From assembly GCF_964355755.1 (NCBI RefSeq), contig NC_092680.1, forward strand, positions 9,672,001 to 9,736,000: a DNA stretch of 64,000 nucleotides, in the 5' to 3' direction. The position numbers were made by a program, and so were the translations under genes. Below, piece after piece: positions 12,246 through 25,151 of this stretch. Numbering within the stretch: the first letter of the stretch is position 1; each line of letters opens with the position of its first letter. The notes beneath the pieces are model-generated. The model did not search any database and had not been told where the DNA came from. It worked only from the letters and a program-made list of their open reading frames with translations. Source of the stretch: Antedon mediterranea. Lineage: Eukaryota > Animalia > Echinodermata.

Positions 12246-13417
12246 ATAATTATAATAGAACAAACGACAGGAAATATTTCAGTGGATGTCCAGAACAAGA
12301 TGCGGCTCTCCAACTTGTATATATTATCTGACTATTTGGTGTAGGCTCAGGTCAGAATGTATTTGGTCCCTTGTACGATACGTATATGGATTACGAGTTT
12401 CAAGATTAATAAGTTCGTAAGTATTATTTTAATAGGTACTAGTAATATACCAATTAGCAGGCCTAATTCAATGATTGTCCTCTTTTGTTATTTTTACACA
12501 TTATTAATTATCATCATCTTCTCATAGGCCTATTTATTGTTATCTCGTTTTTGTTATTTTCTACTGTCATTATTAAAAACAAAATATTTGATCATTAATA
12601 TAGTTTTATTAATATTTTTATTTTTATATTATTTTTTTAATACAGTTTTTAAATTTGTAAATTCAAAATGTTCATATTTCTATATTTTTTTTTATATTCA
12701 ATCATTGTTTGCTAGCCGATGCTTAACGTTTAGCAATATTTTTATGACTCCACTTTTCGATTAGCCTTCCCTAATATGCCCCTGTTAATGGAAACAATCC
12801 TCCGAAAAAAAAAACAGTACGGTCAACGTATATATTCAAGGGACATAAGTAGAGATTTTTTTGGACTCCGAAGGTCAGTTAATTAGGGCTTCTGCTGTAG
12901 CTTACTAAGAATTTTTTTTCTTTCAGAAGTATGTCCATTTTGTTGGCATGTTTGGTGTTCGCAATCGGCAGTAGGCCTACATCTTCAACTTATCTGCTTT
13001 TTGTAGTTCTGCATCTTTTAACAAATGGTGGTTCTTTTCTACATTTTTAAACAGTCAGGTATGTTGCCCTCTAACGTTTGGTGCACACTAAGCAACGCAT
13101 ATGCTAATGTGTAATTTTTAAAGAGTTTTCTCTTCAAGGAATACAAAAATCTCAATCACAATCTAAACCTGGCAATGTCAGAGATTAATAATATTTTAAA
13201 GATTTGCAATATAAATTATTGTATGGGGCTGGCCACACTATGTGTTTTTATCCCAATATAAGGCAAAACCCATGAATATAACTATTTTCAATGTAAGATT
13301 CGTAATAGCCCACAAATACAAAGTCTAATCATTTTTCTTAGGATGTACAAATTTGATTGAGGCCCGATAACTGCATTGAGATAAACCCCTAGATAGGTTC
13401 CTTTCAATCTGCCTACA

Positions 13418-13795
13418 TTTTGAATATTTCTACAGGTTGTGAATCTATTTCATCAGTACCGCTCAAAAGTTTTGACTATTTCTACAGGTTGTGAATCTAT
13501 TTCATCAGTACCGCTCAAAAGTTTTGACTATTTCTACAGGTTGTGAATCTATTTCATCAGTACCGCTCAAAAGTTTTGACTATTTCTACAGGTTGTGCAT
13601 CTATTTCATCGGTAGGCCTACCGCTCAACAGTTTTGAATATTTCTTCTACAGGTTGTGAATATATTTCATCAGTACCGCTCAACAGTTTTGAATATTTCT
13701 TCTACAGGTTGTGAATATATTTCATCAGTACCGCTCAACAGTTTTGAATATTTCTTCTACAGGTTGTGAATATATTTCATCAGTACCGCTCAAAG
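13418..13795. repeat. Minisatellite, 52-55 bp unit, about 7 copies
   Basis: Unit TTTGACTATTTCTACAGGTTGTGAATCTATTTCATCAGTACCGCTCAAAAGT; later units carry an extra TTC. Confidence 0.95.
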
Positions 13796-16795
13796 TGATA
13801 ACATTATATTCCGGTGCTTTTGGAACTTCGACAGTGGATGCTCTTTTTTTTCAGGTAAATCATTATAATATGATAATAATAATTAATGAAAAAGTAGTTT
13901 AATTGTTTTATACTATTTTGATTTATTAATGTTTTAATAAAATAAAATACTAAAACCTTGCCTAAAATCTGTCTATGGATTTCACGTGGAGCTGATAGCT
14001 TGGTGGATAACTTGCTGGCTAGCATGCTTCCCTCCATTCCAAACGTCTATGAGTTCAATCTTGACCTAGTGCCACAAATAGCATACACTCACGGTGTATC
14101 AATGACAACGTTTCTGTGTTTTAATTTGTTAGCTGTTCTTTAACGTTAACACATTTGATCTACTGCCGAAATACAAGATACCCTGGCCTTTGCCAATTGG
14201 ATGTAATTATGGAAGTCAAGAGGCTACTGGTAAACATGGATAAAATGACCATTGTAAACGTTACATTTTCGTGGTTGATTTATCGACATTAATCCCTATA
14301 GATGAGTGGAAATAGATGAAAAATAGGCGTTGAGTCAAACAAATTGCAACAGTTTGTTTTATTGTTGAAACATGTTCAAAATATATTAAAGAATGCTATA
14401 TCCAAAATCTACCCAATAAGATATAATCACATGACAACTGGATTAAGCAATGCCAATATCTATAAACAAACCGAATACAACATTGACGTAAGCAAACATA
14501 CGCTAACTCATTTTGTTAATTTGTATTTGAGTAGCCCATTCCCCTTTGCTAAAATATATTATATGCTTCTCTAATACAGTAGGCCCTATTTAGTTTTTAA
14601 ATATGAAATACAATGCAATGTCCTGTTCTTATATGATTTAACTTTTAGAAGCATTAGCAAGTAGGCCTACCAGATCTACCTTGATGGATGATGTTGAATA
14701 CAAACCTAGCAAGCTGTTTAAAGTCTCCTATGTTCAATTTGTTGTTTGTGATGTGGTTTTCGAGTTTACAGCTTATTCTACTATTCTTTATTGGAACTAG
14801 ACTTGCACCAAGTCTGTATTCATTGTCTTTTTTATTCATTTTTTTAAATTTCGATTTTTGTCTGAAAAAAAAAACTCAAGTAGTATACGTATGAAACGCC
14901 ATATTCGCAAAAATATTTATCTTTTTACTAAACTTAAGACAAAACTCCGTCTGGAACCCAGACTATATTGGACCTTTAAATTATAGATTACATGTTCTTC
15001 TTGCAAATCAAGACACTGAAATATGTATAGGTATAAGTATCTTTACGATAATTCAATTTAGACTCAAAATTATTTGAAAAAAAAACTCCATAAATTAAAA
15101 ATGTGCCAGTGTGTCTACATATAGATTCATCGTAACCATCATGCTACCGTTTTCACAATATTCGACAATAAAAGAAGAAAAGATAAATACATGTACCACC
15201 ACACTCGTTTAATTTTTAATTGTGTAAGTCATACAGCTGTTACTGTTTAATTGTACTTAAGTCATACAGCTGGTCTAATTACTGTTTAATTGTTTCAGTT
15301 TAATAGCATTTTCAACAATTTTAGAATGTTCATGATATTAATCAATTAAAAATTGTCAAAATTAAGATTTTAAAATAGTTGTTATACATTTTCATTTGAA
15401 GTTTCATTATTTACAAAGTGTTTCACTGGTCTTACTTGTACTTCGGTTTTGATATCTCCAATATGCGGACGAATTATTGACGGAGCAGCTTGTCGTAAAA
15501 GAGCAACCAATAAAGGTAGGCCTAGTGTAGTACCGTAATAATATTACAAGTATAGTAAAATCAACAATATTACTAATATATTTATGCGATAATAGACTAT
15601 TTGTGGGAAACATGTTCTTCCAGGGACGTCACGTCATACAACCAGTTAAGCGTGTTTAATAATCCTAATACTCTGAGCTCTGATTGGATTTCCACAGACG
15701 GCGAATTTATTCTCTCGAATCGATTAGTTAAAAATAAAAAAAACGCAATAATTCAGACCTCATGATCATAATGTTCGATCGTGCAACTAGATTCTAAGTG
15801 GTGGAAAACCGGCTCTAGACTTCGCTTTTCTCTACTCCCCACCAAGTAATTTTTATTCAGGCACATGCACAATAGTCAAACCGGAAGTATATTTTTGTAG
15901 TTGAATGTTTTAATTATATTTTACGAACATCGTTAGACGATCTACAACATAGTAATTACTTACTCTTCTCACAAACACTATCATAAGTTTATTAAAATAG
16001 GCCTAACTACAAAATTGCCCATTAAAAGTTTTTATCTTTTCTTTTATTGTATTCTTCCTGTTTTTTTTAATACACCTACAGACAATTTATTTTAAGTCAT
16101 AATCAATCACATCGAATTAGGATCTAAAACATGTGACATGTATTTCTTTCTTTTCTTCAATTCTTTTACAACTTTCCTGCAAGATATTCGGGATCTCTAT
16201 ATGGTTTTTGTTTCATCATCATTTCTTCAATATCCACTTTTAAAAATAGTTCAAGAAAAATCGGATGGCATCTGTTTTATGTAAGTATAATTAATTTAAT
16301 ATTGTAGAAATATTTTGCGAAAAGAACAAATGAGCTAAAGCTTGGTTCCCAAGTAAGTTTACCAATCAAAAGCGACAGTCACAACAATGACCCACCGTGT
16401 CGTGATTAGTCATTGCGTTGCGCTTACGTATTTGTGTGAACAAGGCTCATTAGTTATGCGGTACACGGTTTAATTTCCTCAAAATCAAAGTTCCTACTGC
16501 ACTGAATCTTTACGTTATCCTAACTAAAGTTACACTAAGGCCCTGATACGGCAACCCTTGTTACCGAATCTTAGATTATTCACGTGCTTTTATGTGGAAT
16601 CCAGAATGAGTTAAGGCCAATTCACACAGACTAGCGGACCCGGCCTTATAAAGTATAACTTCATAAAACGATTAGCCAAGTGACTCACTAAAGTTATATT
16701 GCGCCAGTATACATTTACGATACAAGGTTTTTTAATAATTCTTGTTTATTATTATAAATGAGCGACTTTAATCTAGATATTATAATAGGCCCCTA

Positions 16796-16982
16796 GGAGC
16801 TTTCGATTTGCGACGAGCCATGACGCCATGTTAAGATGCGGTTGAGTTTGGTTTGGCAAAATTCTACAGTATTTCGTCATTGCTATTTCATTCAAAATGG
16901 ACGACGACTTGGGACATAATAATCTAATTAAATATCATAAACAAAATAAAAAAGTCTCAAGTCAACGCAAATCAAAAGTTCC
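16796..16982. mobile_element. Short MITE-like inverted-repeat element
   Basis: GGAGCTTTCGATTTGCG ... CGCAAATCAAAAGTTCC imperfect TIRs. Confidence 0.5.
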
Positions 16983-17103
16983 TTTTGTTAGCTTCAATAG
17001 TGCTACTATATGGTTAAGATCAAGCAGCAGAGCTATTTAAAAAACCTTTACCTCAAACAGTTGTGTACAAGCCATGTTTCTACAAGGCTATGATAATTAA
17101 ACC

Positions 17104-17270
17104 TCATTTTAACTTCTGTTGTCGGTCTAACTGCAAGCAATTGCTTTCTTCAGACTGTAGCATAACTTTTCGACCGACAATCAAATGAATACAACTAATA
17201 AATGTTTTTATTAGCATCAAAGGAAGACATACATACAGCAAGATGCGAAAAAATCCAACGTCGTAACCGA
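17104..17270 (-). CDS. CDIPT: CDIPT-like exon 6 (stop TGA)
   Basis: IGYDVGFFRILLYVCLPLMLIKTFISCIHLIVGRKVMLQSEESNCLQLDRQQKLK*. Confidence 0.88.
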
Positions 17271-20200
17271 CTGAAAACATAAAAGACGGGAATGGAATTT
17301 ATGTTGCGAGTAGTCGTATAAACATGCAAATTACTTTTTCACTAACGCACGGCACTAATTGGAAAAAAAACAAATATGCCTCACTCAAATGATTTAAAGG
17401 CAGGCTTATGTCGGCCTACAGTTGTTAGGTCTATCTTCATTCTACATATAATATGTTCTTCGTTTTCACAATTTTAATACAATTTCCTACACCACACTGC
17501 ATTAACCTATACCATAAAACCTCGTAGGCTTCTTTTAAAAATCAAGCCCAACTCGAAAAGAAATCTCCTCTTTAGTTTGCAAAACTAATATCGAAAAGAA
17601 GCTGAATACAATAATATATATAAATACTATAATACAATAATTTTTAAGGGCTGCATGTGGCTGTACTTACTTTTCGGGCCCTCAGTATGATACAAAAGGT
17701 ACAACGTGCAGAAAAATCCTTCGTTACCGTAAACTAAAGCGAACATTACCCCACTCTGTCAAAGAGAAACGTAATTAAAATACAATTAATATATGTTACA
17801 TTCAGGTTTGTTTGGCTTTCTAAAGGCTCCACAGTTAAGCTACGGTAATTGCGCCTAAACTAGTATGACTTATATCATTAAGCGGGTATAATATACATAA
17901 AGCTGTTTATACCTTGTGAACTTCGTTAGGCCTATTATAAATTTCTTCAGATAACTTTGAAACTGTCGTTCCAAAACCGAACATTGAATTTCGATTATGC
18001 TACTTACACAGGAAGAATTGTAGTAATAATATAGAATCCAGTTATCTTTTGAAGAAACCAATTTGTGATGTATCCATCCCATTCTGAAATAAACAAGCAA
18101 GTAAGGAAAACAAATCATGTTGTTGTTAGGAATCCGTGTAATAGAAGCATTGTTAATTGTTTAATTGAAACACCTTATACTGAAATAGAATAGAACGGCA
18201 AAACTGGAAAAATCTGAGAATTAAAATGATATAACGCAAAGAGAATTCACCACGACTGAGATTATACCATAGGGTTAAATAGGCTAAACCGTAAATAAAC
18301 GCTTTAATAATATACCGTAGTGCTTGTGTAGTACTAGTGTATAAACTATAGAAATTGTTCAATAATGAATATAAATGGTTAAAAATTACAATTTACACAG
18401 TAAGGTAGTTTGTAACCAGAGTCTCTATTCTATTTCTGCGGTAAAATAATAAAAGTAAAAAGACCATCAAATGTATTTAAAATAAACATACCGTTGAGTA
18501 TGCATCCAATGTCCAGCGATGGTCACTGTGCTGTAAAACTGGAAGAGCAGGGCATAGTCGGGGTACAATACAGCAAGTCCCATTGAGATGCACATATTCG
18601 AGCAACAATCTGTTATCAGGTCCAACAGTTCACCAAATCGAGTGCCTAATTAATAACAACTTAGTTATGACATCAGAACAAATGGGGTTAGAGGATAATA
18701 CCTCCGTATTCTGGAATATTAATGTATGGAATAAGTATCTCTTATGATGGGTCAAATTGAAGTATAAGCCTACACTCACATAACCGTAAGAATTTCGATT
18801 GTGATTTCTAACAACATCTGATTTTTTTCTGTTCGTGGTTTTATCAGTTTTTATCATTGTATTGTTTTAGATTGGATTTATTGTTTTTCTTTTTATTCTT
18901 CCATTTTTTGGAGGCAACTAATTAACAACTCCCTGAATGCACTGCTAAAGTAAACGTATTTAGACCTTGGTTGAGATAACGAGCTGCATATCCATCGATT
19001 TCATCCAGAGCAACACCCAAAGCATAGCAAACAATGGCTGTTACGTAATCAGATTGCATATGATAACACGCAGTGATCACTAGTACAATTCGTATATATC
19101 CTTAGGAAAAAATAAAAATCATGTGTTACGTAATGTTTTTGTGTTTTATGTAATATTTAATCAGTGTGATGTCCGTCTAGTTTGCCGAATCCCAGTTTGT
19201 CGAATCCCAATTTGCCGAATCCCAGTTTGTCGAACTCCAATTTGCCGAATCCCAGTTTGTCGAACCCCAATTTGCCGATTCACAGTTTGTTAAATCCCAA
19301 TTCCAATACAAAGACTTATGTATGTTTTGAGCTCAGTTATTAATATTGTCAACAAATTAATTCATTTAGGCCTGCAAACTGCAGGCCCAGTCCAACCACT
19401 TATTTCCTCGCAGCAGACAGCGGAGTATGTATTCTATTTTGTGATACTGTGTATACATATATAATGTAGGACACTATGTAATTTTGTGTCATTTTTTTGT
19501 TAAAAGCAAAATTCCAGCTGATCTAGTGTCTTTAGGATGTAAAGTAATGAAAAAAATATGTTGCCATTTTTTGAAAAAAGCTTAAGGGTGTAAAATCCAA
19601 GATGGCCGCCAATACGTAAAATATCCAATAAATGTACCATATTGGACAAAGTAACACCCATTATGAATAATATTTTAAGTTCATATGGGTTCTCTGCTAT
19701 ATAAGAATTATTATAAACCTATATTCATTAGTATTCTGACATTTTGAATTTCAAAATGGCCGCCATTTAAATGGATTAAAGACGTTGAAATCACATAAAA
19801 TGATAGGCATATGACAAAACATTGGTGATTAACACAAAATGGCGGCGATTTGATGGCCACCATTTTTTTAAAATGGGTTAAATTTTTTATTAAAACGTGT
19901 GTAAGTTAAATAAAATTAGATTGAAATACACAAAATATGATATGCTTATGACAAAAACATGGTGATTAACACAAAATGGCGGCCATTTTGATGGCCACCA
20001 TTTTTTCTAAATGGGTTAAATTTTTTATTAAAACGTGTGTAAGTTAAATAAAATTAGATTGAAATACACAAAATATGATATGCTTATGACAAAAACATGG
20101 TGATTAACACAAAATGTTGAACATCAGGAGGTCTATAGTACTGACAGTACACTTCTTCATATTAAAACAACTTCTTCAGTTAAATGACATCATCAACATC

Positions 20201-23200
20201 AAACTTCCACAGACTGATCTGCGATCCCAACAAGCTTGTTCAGAAACAAATTGGCAAAAGTACTGCAATACCTCATTTCACCGCCAAATAATCTCTATAG
20301 GAGTCCTCTTTTACTTTGATAAGTTTGTCACCTGTAGGCCTATTCACCATATATATTTTTTGCCAATATTCGTCTTTTTCTTAGGATCCCATATAGACAG
20401 TTTGCCTTCTACAAGACTTTTACCAATGCCTCAAACATTTTCTGTCCAATTTCATCATGCCATGGCCAACAAACACCTTTGTGCGAATTGCAGCATTCTT
20501 TATTAATCGGGATATCATCTCTCTTTAAATGTTGGCTTTCAAACTCATCAACTAGATTTGCCAGCTCTGATGAAATCATTAATTTGTGTTATTCCAATGA
20601 TACCACGCTCAATGACCCTGATCAATGGATTGTAAATCCAGCAAGTCTCACACATACATGTCCTCTCATAAACTCCAATATCTGTAATTTGTTTCAGTAA
20701 TCTGTTGAAATTGATACAGCGGAAGTAACCGGTCGTAGTTCAGGTGGTCATGAGCGAAGAAATATTTGATAAAAGCATGTGTACTTTCCATGTGTGCAGA
20801 TATCGATTTCTTGTGTCTCGGACATATATAGGGATATAGTTTAACCACATCATTTCGATTTCGTCGACTCTCTGTATTCAAGTTAATATCTTTATGATCA
20901 GCCTCTTTCAAACAAAATGATACTTCACTTAGAATCTCTTTCTCTGTCTGCATTTGTAGAAGCAAGTTGTAGAGAAGCAGAATTAGTGTGCTTCTGTCCT
21001 TTAGAGATGTTTTCCATTTTAAGATATTTGTGTCACTGGTTGTATAGGTAATACAAGTTCAGTTTCAACAAAAGCACTGGCGAGTCAACACTATTTTCAC
21101 AATGCTACATGTCCAAAAGTCATATAGTTCACCGAGTCGACATAAAAATTGCTTCTTGATGTCATCTCTGTTCACCTCCACTCATCTCGGGCAAGAGTCA
21201 TCACCAGGCATTCTTGTCTTTCCCTAGTACATGATTTTTTATACCACAACCATGTGCACTCATCAAACCAGTGTATAATGGTTTTCACATCTAGCTCGTG
21301 TGCACTTTAAAGAACCTAGTACATCTTTCGAGACGAGTAGAGGGTTACCCCGGTGTATTAGTACATCACAGCCACTGATCACCAACTGGGCCCTCTGGGA
21401 GACCAGTCTTTGACTGAAGAGGTTACCCAGTATAAATATATATTTCAATTCAATTCAATTCAATTCAATTCAATGGTGGTCTATCTGTAGGGGCTACATA
21501 TCTAATGAAATCGGTTGATATTGTAGAAGATGATAAGTAGGAGTTAATGCTGCCTATGAATAATCTTGTGAATGAGCTGTAGGCCTATCTGTATTTCCTT
21601 CAAGCTTCAGCCAAAAGTTGACAGGTTGAAAACTTACCAACCATAGGCCTACTGGTGACTATGGCCCTGAAGGTTCAGACATTGAATTACATAGCAATAA
21701 TGCATTTATTATTTAACATTATTCTTATACAGGATTTCACAATAAGGTATAAATACACTTGTTTTATATTCCTGTCAAGTTTCAGTTTCATGAAAAGAAA
21801 TGAGATCTGTAATTTAGAATCTATATATAAATTATGGTTAATTCTGACATAGGCGAGCACAATGGAAACACTTTGGAACAAATCTCTGCCTTGGATACCT
21901 ACCTGAACTATCTCAGATATACCGCGAAATGTAAAACAGTTTTCACTATTACGATATTGTTCCATATTTCTATCTTAGGAATATATTATAAAGAGTTTTA
22001 AAACAAAATTTCTGATTTCATCGGTAGATTTTCAACTCAATTTCAATTGTACGCGGTCAACGTAATTTCCGGAGTTCACGATGAGTTCATAGGTTCACAT
22101 TGCAACAACCTGGTTTCAGTTACGTTGGTCGTTAGTGGCTATAGCCATTTAAGTTTTTGTTTATTTTCGGATCGGACCGCGCGTGTGAAGGTACAGTAGT
22201 TAAAAAATATGGCCCATATTGCAAGCCATCTAAAACATCTTCCTTCTTGGGCCGAAACGGCCTACACTTGTCGCGGAAGTTAGTTTCAAAAGATGTTTAA
22301 ATTAAATAATGTATTATGATGGTATTTATTTGAATAAACGCCTCCACAATAAAACATCACTTTGAATAATAATCGCCCACACCCACCTATACCCAACTAT
22401 CTAATAAACGCCCATCCACATTTATACACACAATATTGTATTATATTTATAATAACACAATTATACTATTTGTAATAGAATTCATCACACTGTTAACTAC
22501 AATTTACCAAGCATTTGTTATTATTTTTTACCACTTTTCATATCAATTAGAGGATTTTATTTGATTATAAATGTTACGATATTATTAAAACTAAAAAATC
22601 CCTCGAATAAGCATCTCCCTCAAATGAACTCTGCCTCCCCACCTCCTTTTGCAACTCCAACTTTGAACGATTACTTAATTTAAGAGTCATAGTTGGGTAT
22701 TATATATCTGTTATATAGAGAACATTGACAACTTTAGACAGCCTTATATTTAGACAATCTTGTGAGAAGTGATAATTTTAGAACATTGTGTACAAACAAC
22801 AATTTATGCACACATATTTAAAAAAAATTATTTAAAGAATTCTATTTTTAGTGGCGGCCATTTTGAAATCCAAGATGGCCCACAGATTATCGCTTTACAT
22901 AGTTAAGATTGTATAATGGGTACAGTAATACCATCAAAACGGACTAGTTCCACATACATAAGTTGTATTATTGGTGATATTCTGATTTTTAATAGGGTTA
23001 TTTGAATGTTGTCGGCCATCTTGAATTTGGTCGTTTAAATGTCTTTTGAAAAAATGGCAACATATTTTGTTTTATTCCTTATATTATCAAGATATGAAAT
23101 AAAGTCAAAGTTTGCTTTTAACAAAAAATATACACGAGATTCATATAAACGACATACTCAGCCTACACTAATAAGTAGAATGCATAACTGTTGATTCTTA

Positions 23201-23391
23201 CAGTAGATTCAGACCGCGAAACAACCGCTGCACTATACTGTGCATTGTAACACCCAAAATTGTAATTAGTAACACTAAGGCCAAGCCAACCACTATTCAG
23301 CAAACCTATATTAAGGTGTATCCTTAGTAGCGGTTATAATGTAGCCTAACTTACCTATGATATTAGGCACAAATAAAAACACGTTAGCCAT
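17104..23391 (-). CDS. CDIPT: CDP-diacylglycerol--inositol 3-phosphatidyltransferase-like gene (6 coding exons, 217 aa, divergent)
   Basis: Exons 23355-23391, 18966-19100, 18492-18645, 18008-18083, 17671-17755, 17104-17270 (654 nt, all GT-AG, phases consistent). MANVFLFVPNIIGYIRIVL...DEIDGYAARYLNQGTRFGELLDLITD (CDP-alcohol phosphotransferase motif)...GNEGFFCTLYLL. Confidence 0.9.
17671..17755 (-). CDS. CDIPT: CDIPT-like exon 5
   Basis: SGVMFALVYGNEGFFCTLYLLYHTEGPK. Confidence 0.88.
18008..18083 (-). CDS. CDIPT: CDIPT-like exon 4
   Basis: RMGWIHHKLVSSKDNWILYYYYNSSC; TTTCAG acceptor, GTAAGT donor. Confidence 0.85.
18492..18645 (-). CDS. CDIPT: CDIPT-like exon 3
   Basis: GTRFGELLDLITDCCSNMCISMGLAVLYPDYALLFQFYSTVTIAGHWMHTQ. 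Confidence 0.9.
18966..19100 (-). CDS. CDIPT: CDIPT-like exon 2
   Basis: GYIRIVLVITACYHMQSDYVTAIVCYALGVALDEIDGYAARYLNQ; weak donor GTCTAA. Confidence 0.9.
19180..19303. repeat. 15-bp tandem repeat (TTTGCCGAATCCCAG)n, about 8 copies
   Basis: Directly visible alternating 15-mers. Confidence 0.9.
19462..23170 (-). mobile_element. Academ-like DNA transposon, degenerate, in CDIPT-like intron 1
   Basis: Termini TAATGTAGGAC... / ...GCCTACACTA, long imperfect TIRs, 3-bp TSD ATA; transposase remnant FIKYFFAHDHLNYDRLLPLY at about 20110-21260; internal tandem duplication of about 139 bp at 19800-20115. Confidence 0.7.
21260..21473 (+). mobile_element. 5'-truncated MetaSINE-like copy with (TTCAA)n tail
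   Basis: GCACTTTAAAGAACCTAGTACATCTTTCGAGACG core shared with 25810-26126; a third fragment lies at about 24880-24965. Confidence 0.7.
23355..23391 (-). CDS. CDIPT: CDIPT-like coding exon 1
   Basis: MANVFLFVPNII(G); GTAAGT donor. Confidence 0.88.
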
Positions 23392-25117
23392 TTTCAATAG
23401 TGTTCCTGGTGCAAAGAAAAGCATACAAATAACTAATCCATAATAATTAAATATTAATTCAAAACAATACCAGCATATTACAATTCATTTATATGTACCG
23501 TAAGCATACAAATAAAAAAAAATCCACAATTAATGAGCACTTTACGACAGCAATATGAACAATGACAGTGAAACAAATTACAATAATTAATTAAAATAAT
23601 AATCATTTTATTGTTCTTCAAAATATATATATTATCACAGGCTGGAAAAATCGTAAATATAGCCTACAGTATATTAGTCTGGAGTTTAGATGGTAATAAA
23701 AGACCAGTAAGCAATGGACAAAGGTGGTAGCTACTGTAGCAGGTAGGGAATATGTAGCATAAAGATAAAAAAATAACCATTATTTTATTATTAAAAAAAA
23801 AAAAAATTGGTGGACTTATTTATTCTCATTCTCAACATAGTGGAGTCTGTTAGGGATATTTTGGTTCACTTTTTTCCAAAAGCACCAAATTTGGTACTTC
23901 CTGACATTTTTTTGAAAAATGTTCTATTAAGCAGAATAGAAACATATTATATTCTGAACAATTTGACACCAAAATTAACTTTCCAAGCCACCCACCCAAT
24001 AATGAGATATGGCAATTTGCCTGAAAAAACAAGTCAAAGGTAAAATATGGTATTTCTGGTCATTATAGTAAATAGAAATGTTTATGTTCTGAACATTTTG
24101 ACACCAAAATTAACTCTCTATGATAAGTAGTTTTATGGATAGCAAAATATATTAACCTTAATGCAGTTGACAATTGTATCATAAAGGTCAAAGGCAAAAC
24201 TGCTTACTTCCGGGCATTTTTTGACACCAAAATAAACTGTCTGTGACAATTATTTAGAGATATGGCAATGCCTTAAAAATATGGGTGACTGGGTCAAAGG
24301 TCAAAAATACTTTATTAGAGTAAATAGGAATGTTTATGTTCTGAACAGTTTGAGTTAACAATTAACTCTCTATGACCAGTAGTTTCAGAGATATAGAGTG
24401 TTTAAGCGAAAATGTCCGCCATTTTAAATTATGCAAATTAGGTGACCCAAGGGGTCATTTTGCTAGGCGCCCATCAAAAATTGAATTCGTATAGGGTGGT
24501 CAACCTGTATACCCAAATTTGGTGTTTTTGGAAGAAACTGAACCAAACACTCTTATTTCAGCCCTAACAAACTCCACTAACACATGCACTTTGATTCTAC
24601 CACTGTTTGTGTATCATTTTGAAAAGAAGAAAGGTTCATCCTATCAACGCCAATTGACAACACTAAAGAGGCTAACAAAAATCTTCAAGGAGCTTGTTTT
24701 TATTAATTTTCTTATACAATACTTTTTTTCCAGAATTTCTGATAATATATACAGTACTTCATTTACATTTTATACATAGATTTTGAATAACAGTTTATTT
24801 ATAACAACAGACTAATACTTTGAGTTACCTAGGGGCATTCTAAACCATATTCAAACAATTGACACATGCTTGATATTTTTCAGGTGGTAGAACAAGACCT
24901 GGCTTGTGTGCACTTTAAAGAATCCAGTGCATCTTTCGGACTAGCAGGGGTTTACCCTAGTGTGCTTGTCCATCTCGGTCCATGTTATTGTTGTGGACAA
25001 TCGAATGAGCACCGTTTATGGCAGCTTTACAACATCAATATTGTTGTCCACACCTGTGGAAATTCAGTCAAGTTATTCTCACAAGCTAAATCAATATTTT
25101 TCTTGATTTTGTTGTAA

Positions 25118-25151
25118 TTAATTATCATCTTCTATACGTCTGTATGTAAAG
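25118..25151 (-). CDS. TUBGCP4: TUBGCP4 terminal exon 15 (stop TAA)
   Basis: TTTCAG acceptor; (S)FTYRRIEDDN*; phase fits exon 14. Confidence 0.7.

Noticed and set aside
12259-13058. Possible plus-strand exons (12259-12416 and 12927-13058) with AG/GT boundaries
   Set aside because: No recognisable protein similarity and stops in most frames; could be lncRNA but unsupported without RNA data.
13418-13795. CRISPR-like array
   Set aside because: Contiguous tandem units with no unique spacers, no cas genes and a eukaryotic context; the same applies to 29310-31113.
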